DNA of 64,000 nucleotides from Octopus vulgaris (lineage: Eukaryota), in contig OX597838.1 of assembly GCA_951406725.2 (NCBI GenBank), forward strand, positions 32,054,001-32,118,000, in the 5' to 3' direction. A program made the translations under genes and the position numbers. The notes under the pieces were generated by a model. It had not been told where the DNA came from. It was given only the letters and a program-made list of their open reading frames with translations, and ran no database searches. Of this stretch, positions 53,485-64,000 are shown piece after piece; within the stretch, counting starts at the first letter, position 1, and the number at the start of each line of letters is the position of its first letter.

Positions 53485-53777
53485 TATATGTATGTGTTTG
53501 TTTTTATGTATAGTTATATATAAAACAATATCATTAATTGAAGACCCACTCAATGACTTTAATTAGAGGATCATTTTTTTTTAAAATTTTACAAGCAAAA
53601 AGTTAACAGCAACTTCATAGTTTCACTTTAGTTGTTTTTGTCAGACTTGTAAAAGCTTTTGGAGTTCCCAAGAATTATCTCTCTATATTTTTTGTTCATC
53701 TTGTAGGTGAAGCCGTGTGATTGTGAAGTAAATGTGGTATAACAGTGTCTTTTTGTAACATATCAAGATATAGCTTT

Positions 53778-54472
53778 ATGGATAGTTTAACTGGATGAGC
53801 AGAAATAAAGAGTTTATGGGGAGAAAAGAAGTAATACAATAAGGAAGGAAGTGGAGGAGAATGGGTTAAAGAAGTTGAAGAAGAAGGCAAGCGTTGATAA
53901 GGTGGTGGGAGATTAGTTTTAGCAATTGCAGGTGCCTGAGATAGAGGCTGCAGTGGAGTACGCTTGTAGTGTACAGTGATGGAGGTGATGGTGGCTACAC
54001 AGGGGTAGCTAATCTTAACATTATGCACATTAAAATGCTTGTGATATTTATAGAGTCTTGGAAAATGCCCTGAGGTTTGTAAAGTGTTGGTAATTAGGAG
54101 TCAAAGTATTTTCTAACCCTGGAGAAAATGGCCAGTCTTTGAGACGAACTCCTAGCTATGTTAAGGATGTGCTTTCACCAAGAAAGATCCTCAGCGAAAA
54201 CAATGCCTTAGGCATTTTAATGTGCATGATGTTAAGATTAGCTACCCCTGTGTAGACACCATCACCCCCATCACTGTACACTACAAGCGTACTCCACTGC
54301 AGCCTCTATCTCAGGCACCTGCAATTGCTAAAACTAATCTCCCACCACCTTATCAACACTTGCCTTCTTCTTCAACTTCTTTAACCCATTCTCCTCCACT
54401 TCCTTCCTTATTGTATTACTTCTTTTCTCCCCATAAACTCCTTATTTCTGCTCATCCAGTTAAACTATCCAT
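53778..54472. repeat. 261-bp inverted repeat (53778-54038 / 54212-54472) with a 173-bp spacer
   Basis: The arms differ at about 5 positions; ORF-track peptides 53696- and 54222+ are near-identical. Confidence 0.95.
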
Positions 54473-57169
54473 GGTGCAGTCATGAGAACCCTAGTTGCCT
54501 GCTGCTTTTGTTTATGGTAAAAGTGAGGTGCTGTGTTTTCTGAATATGAATAGAGCTGTTTTAAAGTGGTGAGCTGGTGGGATTGCTAGCACACGGGGCA
54601 AAAGGCTCTGCAGCATTTCGTTTGTCTTTACATTCTGAGTTCAAATTCCACTGAAGTTGACAAGCCCTCCCCCCATTCTAACCCAATATGATTAGTGCTT
54701 TAGTTTTTTGCTGTTGAAATAAGATTGGTTGTGTCCCCATGGAATTAGTGCAGCTTTGGAATGTATTTCCTAGATTGCACAGGGATATCAGTGGTTGGTG
54801 AAGGCTAGAGAAGAATTAAGGGTCATGTCGTTTGGGAAAAGAGTGAGCGTTGTTGTACCCAAGGGCAAGTAAGTCATTGGAGGAAGAGAAAGGGGCGGGG
54901 GGAGGGGAGATAGAACTAAACCCTACAGTGCACCACAGTCAAGAACATGTGATAGAGATCCCTCCATTAGTGCCCATTGTTTTCATGTAATCTGCTTCGG
55001 AAGCTATGAAATATAAGAGATGAGGGATGGATGGATGGAACCCCTGGGTGGGGGACAGTTTTGGTGGGACACGGGGACAGTGAACAGCTTTACTGAGGTT
55101 GAGGGAACCTCTGCTATTTTCCCCAAATTTCTCGAGAATAAGAACCCACTGATGGTTGACTTAGGAGAGTAACTCTGCAGTAAATATGGTTTTATTTAAG
55201 CTTGTGGAGGTGCATGGCTTAGTGGTTTGGGTATTCAGCTCATGACCATAAGGTCGTGAGTTCAATTCCCAGTGATGAATTGTATCTTTGGGCAAGACAC
55301 TTTGTTTCCCATTGCTCCAGTCTACTCAGCTGGCAAGAATGAGTCATACTTATGATTCAAAGGGCCAGACTTGTCCCATTCTGTGTCATGCTGAATCTTC
55401 CATTAAGGGTATACATGTCTGTGGGTCACTCAGCCCCTTGCACGTTAATTTCCATTGATCAGATCAACTGGAAAACTTGTCCTCATAACCGACAGACTAT
55501 CCATTTTGAGGGGTGGGGTTCATATATGTAAGCTGTATTGGTAGGCAGAAATGAAATGGTTAAGAAGCTTGCTCCACAACCACAAAGGTCCAGGTTTGAT
55601 CTTGCTCCATGGCATCTTGGGTGAATGTCATTTTGTGTAGCTTCAAGTCGACCCCTATTTTCTGTGCGTAACTAGGTAAATAGAAACTGTAGAGAATCCC
55701 ATCATGTAGATTGTAGCGGTGAGCTGGCAGAACCGTTAGCACGCCAGGCGAAATGTGTAGCCGTATTTCGTCTGCCGTTACGTTCTGAGTTCAAATTCCG
55801 CCGAGGTCGACTTTGCCTTTCATCCTTTCGGGGTCAATAAATTAAGTACCAGTTACGCACTGGGGTCGATGTAATCGACTTAATCTCTATATCTGTCCTT
55901 GTTTGTCCCCTCTATGTTTAGCCCCTTGTGGGTAATAAAGAAACAGATTGTAGCTGTAATTCAAAGAAGAGCTTTGGCACACACATACACTCTCTGTCTC
56001 CTGATTTTGACAGAGAATTATGTTAAGGGGACATATGTCTGTGGAATACTCAGCTATTAATTTAGGAGCAGGTAATTCAGTTGAGACCAAGCAACTGAAT
56101 CCTCATTATCAAACAATGACAATCCATCATCAGGAATGGTCATTAAAGAGAGAGAGAGAGGGTGAGTGTGAAGGTGTGGGAGAGTGTTGGGAACAGGAAA
56201 TGTGATTGGACAAGAGTTACCCTGGTGTGTGTGGGTGTGGGGGACTGAGACGGCTGCTGTATGGGTAGAAGGTGACTAGTGAGAGGCCACAGCAGGGGAT
56301 GAGCAGGTGATCAATGGCTGTGTGGCTGTGGATCTCAACCTTTTCAATATCCAGGCTAGATCCTAAAACTGGAATTTTTTAGGGGCCCCCCCACACCAAA
56401 AATCCCTTAATTTACTTTATAGAAGGAAGACCATTAGGGGCCACTGGAAGGATTTTCGAGGGTCGCAGGTGGCACTGGGAGCTGTGGTTGGGAACTGCTA
56501 CTGTAGAGTGTTGTTGATTATTAATATGTCAGTGTGGAGGAGGTGGTGGGAACAGTGGTTGGTGATGGTGATGGTGGTGGTGGTGGTGGTTATGGATGTG
56601 GTGGGTGGTGGTGGTGATGGTTGTAATATTTTTGGTTGCGATGGTTGCCATATTTTTCACACAGACTCATCACCAAAGACTTGCCACTCGTGACCATCAT
56701 GTCCCTATTTTCTTTTTAAGGCATTAGTTTGCATTATGTTACCATGTATTTCCCCCCCCCCCCCACACACACACACACTTTTTTTTAAAGATAACAGGTT
56801 GTGAATTGAGGGAGACTTAGCTGCTATTTCTAACAGGTTGATGTTCTCTTGAGGTGTTCAATATTTAATTGATTCATAGACAATAAAATAATAATTTCTC
56901 TCCAGTTACTGACACAGTTATTAAGGGTGGCGGCAGTGGGTGGTGGGGGTGGGTGGTGGTGGTGGTGGTGGTGGTTGGGATGATGTCTGGTGTAGTGTGG
57001 TAGTTAGCTTGTGGTGATGATGATGGTGATGGTGATGGTGGTCGATGGTGGCGAATACAGCAATGCCCCAAAACAACCAAAAAATACAACAGCAGACAAA
57101 AGCAGGGAGCTGTTTCAATCCTGCTGGTGAGAAAGTTGGCAATCGTGGGACTTAATTCATCTCTGTCGT

Positions 57170-57376
57170 CTACCACCACCACCACCACCACCATCACCAT
57201 CACCACTGCTGCTGCTGCTGCTGCTACTACCCCTACTACTTCTACTACTACTACAACTACTACTACAACTACTACTACAACTACTACTACTACTACTGCC
57301 ACTACTACCACCACCACCACCCCTACTACTACTACTACTACTACAGCTACTGCCACCACCACCACCACCACCACCC

Positions 57377-57411
<35 letters not shown>

Positions 57412-57427
57412 GCTACCACCACCACCC

Positions 57428-57471
<44 letters not shown>

Positions 57472-57487
57472 GCTACCACCACCACCC

Positions 57488-57547
<60 letters not shown>

Positions 57548-57930
57548 TTGCTCCTGCTGCTGCCCCTACTGCTTCAGCTGCTGCTGCTGCTGTTATTGTT
57601 GTTGATGCCTCTACTACAACTACTACTGCTGCTTCTGTTGCTGTGTTGCTACCACCACCGCCACCACCACCACCACCACCACCACCACCATCACCGGTGC
57701 TGCTGCTGTTGCTGCTGCTGTTGCTGCTACTACAACCACTCTTGTTGCTGCTACTGCCATATAACAACATCAAGCTCTCAACTGAAGGATTTCACCTCGG
57801 TCATAGGTTGGTGCCTGTTCTTGTTGTTCTTGTTGTTCTTGTTGTTGTTGTTGTTGTTGTTGATACTGTTGTTGTGTTAATGTCATTGTTGTTAATAATG
57901 TTGTCGTTACTGTTGCATTGTTGTTGTTAG
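57170..57930. repeat. Compound trinucleotide microsatellite (ACT/ACC/GCT/GTT)
   Basis: Direct inspection; includes a ~60-bp secondary periodicity. Confidence 0.9.
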
Positions 57931-57975
57931 TGATGCGAGTGTAAGTGTAAGGGTGTGTGTGTGTTTTGATATTCA

Positions 57976-58008
<33 letters not shown>

Positions 58009-58102
58009 GCCTCTTTCACTCAGTATATATATATATACACCTACATATATATATATATATATATATACACACCTACATATATACACACACATATATATGT
58101 AT

Positions 58103-58145
<43 letters not shown>

Positions 58146-58713
58146 CATACACATATATACACACATACATATATATATGTATACACACACACATATATAT
58201 ATATATATACATATAAGTATATATATGTATATATACATGTGTATATATATATGTATATATATATATATATATACACATATATATATGTATATATATATAT
58301 ATACACAAATACATATATATATATATATATATATACTTGTATGTGTGTGTGTTTTGTTTTGTTTCTATTTTGTGACGCTTTCTAATCCCACCTCTCCCTC
58401 CCTCCCCCTCTCACTCTCCCCTTCCTCTCCCTCTCTCTCCTTCCTCTCTATTTACCTACTTATATTGTTTTTTTTTAATATTATTTTTGTTGCTGTGGTA
58501 GTTGGTTTTTTTTTTTTGTGTGTCTCGGTTGTGTTGGGAAATTGTAATGGTTACAGAGATGATGCTGGTGATGCTGATGGCTGGAACGGTGATGATGATG
58601 ATGATGATGGTGATACGTATTCTTGTTATTGTCATTCTTGTAGCAATAAACAAAGATATTATTATTAATATAGTAGTACTAATATTTTTACCACCACCAT
58701 CATCATCACCACC

Positions 58714-58744
<31 letters not shown>

Positions 58745-58870
58745 CTACCACCACCACCATTATTCATCCATTCACTCACCTTTCATCCTTCCGGGTTTGA
58801 TAAAAAAAAAAATTCCTCAGACAAGTACAATTTCTGGCGTTGTACCTATGTTTCAAATTATTATCTTTGC

Positions 58871-58910
<40 letters not shown>

Positions 58911-59076
58911 CAACATTATTATTATTAAGACTGTTGTTATTCTCTCAGTTTAATTTTCGAACCCCTGCCACTTCTCTATAAAATTAATACCAGTAATACG
59001 CTTGGAGAACAATTACTAATTCCTGACCTTGTGTCATTGTAAGAAACTGTTATAATCATTATCATCATCATCATTA

Positions 59077-59114
<38 letters not shown>

Positions 59115-60104
59115 AATAATGATTAATATTGAAAACTATTATTATTATTATCAATATTATCATTTATTGCAAATAATTATTAAGATTTTAAAAGATGTTG
59201 TTCTTGTTGTTGTGGGGTAGGAGTAAAAGTGAAAGTAGAGCGATAGAGAAAATGTTATATCCTAATTACGTTGTGCTATAGTGTGAGTTCAAACGTTACC
59301 CAGGTCTCCAATTATATGTCTCCTCGTTAAGGTTTAATGAAGACTAATACCAGTAACGTTCTTTGATCAATTTAATTGATTCCAAACCCATGGCAAAGAC
59401 GTGTGGCCCTGACCTAATGCTTGGAAAATGATAATCATTATCATTGCTGATCAATACAGCTCGAAGTGGAAGGTGAGGGGCAGGGAGGGAAGGTCGACAT
59501 GTTAGTTCCTGTAAATTTTATTGGAAGGTGGGTGAAAGTGACCAGGGGAGAAAAGGGTTGGACTTGATTATGGACCTGTGGGTTGTAGGCAGAATTTTGG
59601 GAACAGGTCCTTGCCCTACAGGGCTGCCCTTTGTATAGGGTTGGGGGTTAGGGTTCCTTTATTGGCAGGACAGTGAGATTTATGTAGAGTTCTTTGATTA
59701 TTTGACTATATATATATATACGGTGTAGTCTGAGATAAACCCCACCCCTCCATCCTTCAAAACGGGATCTTTGCCGTTTCGTTAGCTCATTATAACTGCA
59801 GTAACTACCACCAGTACTGCAAAAACTACTACTACTACTACTACTGTTATCATTAATCCACGATACTACTACCATTACATCCATCCTTACATGTACAACC
59901 ACCAATAACACAACAGCCACTAAGAAATCTGCCCCAGTAGGTGCAGGAGTGGCTGTGTGGTAAGTAGCTTGTTTACCAACCACATGGTTCCGGGTTCAGT
60001 CCCACTGCGTGGCACCTTGGGCAAGTGTCTTCTACTATAGCCTCGGGCTGACCAAAACCTTGTGAGTGGATTTGGTAGACGGAAACTGAAAGAAGCCCGT
60101 CGTA

Positions 60105-60143
<39 letters not shown>

Positions 60144-60399
60144 GTGTGTGTGTTTGTGTATCTGTGTTTGTCCCCCTAGCATTGCTTGACAACCGATGCT
60201 GATGTGTTTATGTCCCTGTTACTTAGCGGTTCGGCAAAAGAGACCGATAGAATAAGTACTGGGCGTACAAAAGAATATGTCCTGGGGTCGAGTTGCTCGA
60301 TTAAAGGTGGTGCTCCAGCATGGCCGCAGTCAAATGACTGAAACAAGTAAAAGAGTAAAAGAGAGAGTAAACTTTGTCCGATTCATGCAAACATGAAAC

Positions 60400-61165
60400 A
60401 ATGATGATGATGATGATGATCGTCATCGTCGTCATTTAACGCCCGTTGTCCATGCTGGCATGGATTGGATGGCTTGACCAGAGCTGGCAAGCTGGTTGGG
60501 GGCTGCACCAGACTCCGGTCTGATTTGGTATGGCTTCTACGACTGGATGCCCTTCCTAACACCAACCACTTTACAGAATGTGGTGAGTGCTTTAATGTGG
60601 CACCACACAGGCACTTTGATGTGACACCACATGGGTACTTTTACGTGGCACTGCACGAGCACTTTGATGTGACACCACACACGCACTTTTACATGGCACC
60701 TTCCTAACACCAACCACTTTACAGAGTGTGGTGGGTGCTTTAATGTGACACCACACAGGCACTTTTACGTGGCACTGCACGGGCACTTTGATGTGACACC
60801 ACACAGGCACTTTTACATGGAATTGGCATGAGTGCTTTACTCCACCAGAAGGATCAGTCTTAACGTTTCTGCTGTGAGGTTAGGGTCTTCTTGAGTACAA
60901 CCAGGCACTAGGTATCTTGCTCCTTCGACATCTCACCTGAAAGGTTCAGCAACCTAAGGTCTCTTTTCAGTACTTCATCCCCTGTCTCCCTGGGTCTCCT
61001 ATTTCTATGTGTTCCATCCACTTTGAGAGATCATCACTTCTTTAAGGAGCTTTTGGCATCCATTTGCATCACATGACCAAACCAGGGCAGTCTTCTCTCT
61101 TGCACACAGCAACCAATTCCTCTTATGCCTAACTTCTTCGCTCTCAGAACACTGCCACTCTGTCA
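60400..61165 (-). mobile_element. RTE LINE 3' end continuous with the GTTAGGAAGGGCATCCAG repeat (family C)
   Basis: Decayed QERRLPWFGHVMQMD motif at ~61060-61105, then ~24-bp internal tandem units, the family C core and a (GAT/GAC)n tail. Confidence 0.7.
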
Positions 61166-61192
61166 AACATTTACATATATACATATATATAT

Positions 61193-61236
<44 letters not shown>

Positions 61237-61719
61237 ATCATGAAGTATATTTGTCACCGAAATGTGGCTAACCCTTAAGGGTTGATGCTACTGTAACTTG
61301 CAGCCCCAGGAAGACATCTCCTCCAGCTGGCTATTGACACACTATCTGTGCCCTATCAGTATTTGCAAAGCTACAGTAGCATCAACCCTTAAGGGTTAGC
61401 CACATTTAGGTGGCAAATATACTTCACAATGTCATGTGGCTACTGTTTATACCTCACTCAGAGATTTATTATATATATATATATATATATTACGGAGATG
61501 TACTTGCATAGCAAGTGACTTGATCTGAGATTGTGTGCTGGAACAAAAACAATTGCAGCGTGGAAGGTGTTTATAAGCCATTTAAGAAACACGCAAAAAC
61601 CGTTAGATTCACTTCAACATATAAATTTAATTTGTCAAAATTTTTTCGGCGCTTTCAGACCGTGACCTGTTCACTGACAAAGCTTCGTGTGTATATATAT
61701 ATATATACACCCTCCTATT

Positions 61720-62660
61720 TATCAGGTCATTAAGAATGAAATGTGCGATTTCCTTATGCACCAAGTTTGACAGTTACTTTTATCCTGATAATTCTTTGTT
61801 TTACAACATTGAAGAGTTACACCATCATTTTTCAAAATGCAATTCATGGTGTCTGATTATATTGTGAGTTTTCTCTGGTAAATCAATTTTTGCGAACCCA
61901 TGGATAGATCAACAATCCGTGTAGTTTATGAATATGAGTTCCGTCGTGGAACCAATGCATCCCAGACAGCTCTAAACATCAATGAAGTGTTTGGTGAAGA
62001 TGTGGCAAATGAGTGCTCTGTACGTCGATGGTTTGAGAAGTTCTGATCTTGAAAAATCAGCCCCATGATAGACCTGAGACCAAGGTGAATAATGATGAGC
62101 TGAAAACTGTAGTGGAAGCAGATACATCTCAAACTACGCAAGAGTTAGCAGCAAGGTTTGATGTTTTGTTTCCATCTGTATTGAACCATCTGAAACAAAT
62201 CGACAAGGTAAAGAGGCTGGACAAGTGGGTACCACATGAACTGAATGAGCATCAAATGATACATCGTCTTGAAACTTGCGGTTCTTTGCTGTAATGGCAT
62301 AAAAGCAAACTAATTTTGATTTGTATTGTTATACGTGATGAAAAATGGATTCTTTTCAACAATAACAAGCATTGTGTATGGTGATTGGATAGAGACAAAG
62401 TGCCGAAACACAATCCCAAAAAGGAATATTAACCAAAAAAAAGCTAATGGTGTCTGCACCAACTGGCTATCATGTTTTCCAGGCATTAGACAACTTTTTG
62501 CAAGGAAAACTTTTCAAATCTGAAGAAGATGCAAAAACAGCCTTTCGTGATTTCATCACCTCTTGCTCTCCAGAATTCTTTGCTGCCGGCATAAATAAGC
62601 TACCGATAAAATGGCAAAATTGTGTTGATAATTTAAGTGTATACTTTGATTAAGTGCAAT
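61720..62660 (+). mobile_element. Internally deleted mariner transposon
   Basis: ATG at 61900: MDRSTIRVVYEYEFRRG..., WVPHEL, DEKWI, APTGYHVFQALDNFLQGK..KWQNCVD..YFD*. Confidence 0.9.
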
Positions 62661-62687
62661 TTATCTATCTATCTATCTATCTATCTG

Positions 62688-62719
<32 letters not shown>

Positions 62720-62778
62720 TATATATATATACACACATATATATATATATATATACATATATATATACACATATATAT

Positions 62779-62834
<56 letters not shown>

Positions 62835-63054
62835 GTAAAAAGCACCATCTGACTGTGGCCGTTTGCCAGCCTCGTCTGGCACCTGTGTCGGTGGCACGTA
62901 AAAGCACCCACTATACTCACGGAGTGGTTGGCATTAGGAAGGACATCCAGCCATAGAAACATTGCCAGATCAGACTGGACCTGGTGCAGCCTTCTGGCTT
63001 CCCAGACCCCAGTTGAACCGTCCAACCCATGCTAAACGATGATGATGATGATGA

Positions 63055-63091
<37 letters not shown>

Positions 63092-63221
63092 AATATTTTT
63101 CTTGCTGGATTGCATGTTCGTTTCTCTTTTCTTCCATCTGTGATTTTATTTTTGATTTCCTCTCTCTACAAAATGGGAAGTTACATTGCAGCACAGCCAT
63201 TTTAATGAGCTGTATTTATTT

Positions 63222-63303
63222 ATCACCTGACGAGATATATCTGCTTCTGAACGTCCCACCATTGAAGGATTGATGCTAGATGTGTCGAAACCATTGTTGT
63301 GAT
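63222..63303 (+). ncRNA. Minimal type-I hammerhead ribozyme, intact core, long stem/loop II
   Basis: Stem I AUCAC/GUGAU. CUGACGA at 63227-63233. Stem II GAUAUAUCU/AGAUGUGUC (9 bp, 2 G-U). GAAA at 63287-63290. Stem III C-CAUU-G. GUU triplet, with predicted cut after 63298. Lies in a ~260-bp module bounded by (TA)n. Confidence 0.78.
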
Positions 63304-63344
63304 TATTAATAAATTTTCATATATTCCATCTTCCATTTTTCCTT

Positions 63345-63389
<45 letters not shown>

Positions 63390-63735
63390 TATATATATAT
63401 ATATATTATATTATATATATATATAATATATATAATATATCATCATCATTTAGCTCCGCTTTCCATGCTAGCATGGGTTGGACAGTTCAACTGGGGTCTG
63501 GGAAGCCAGAAGGCTGCACCAGGCCCAATCTGATCTGGTAATGTTTCTACGGCTGGATGCCCTTCCTAACGCCAACCACTCCATGAGTGTTGTTGGTGCT
63601 TTTTACGTGCCACCAGCACGGAGGCCTGTTGGGGCGGCACTGGCAACGGCCACGTTCAGATGGTTCACTTACGTGCCACCGGCACTGGTATCACAGCTAC
63701 AATTTCCATTGATGGAATATATATATATATATATA

Positions 63736-63811
<76 letters not shown>

Positions 63812-64000
63812 CCGACAGACAGACAGATAGATAGATTGATAGATAAATTGCAGTTAACTGTTCTCTGCAAAAGATGTCTTTAATATATATATATAATATA
63901 ATATAATATAATATAATATATATATATATATATATACATACAAATATAAGAGAGAATCCACTATGTGGATGCTCTTGCGCTAAAATAGATTCGCAATGGT

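Noticed and set aside
56874-57930. 267-aa poly-Thr and 299-aa poly-Val ORFs (mucin-like)
   Set aside because: Stop-free translations of trinucleotide microsatellites, open in several frames on both strands, with no splice or domain support.

Overview
AT-rich, microsatellite-saturated animal DNA. The SINE and repeat families and the (TA)n/(TG)n density suggest a coleoid cephalopod such as Octopus (inference). Host coding sequence is sparse. Three + strand exons (13108-13242, 16160-16345, 23902-23913) encode a C-terminal SKICH domain, most likely the 3' end of an INPP5K/INPP5J-like inositol 5-phosphatase. One - strand exon (50411-50556) encodes part of a spermidine synthase (SRM)-like protein. 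It has a partial duplicate 1.56 kb away and a mariner TIR 10 nt from its splice acceptor. The rest is tRNA-derived SINEs, CR1 and RTE LINE fragments (one with a 5' inversion), dead Tc1/mariner elements, MITEs, a Helitron and minisatellites. The most striking signal is about a dozen minimal type-I hammerhead ribozyme motifs with unrelated helix sequences. They lie in short modules, many inserted in (TA)n, that appear to derive from Penelope-like elements. Three cores are intact, and two of those sit on opposite strands in a near-perfect 464-bp palindrome (40379-40842). Coordinates were read by eye and repeat ends are approximate; no database searches were run.
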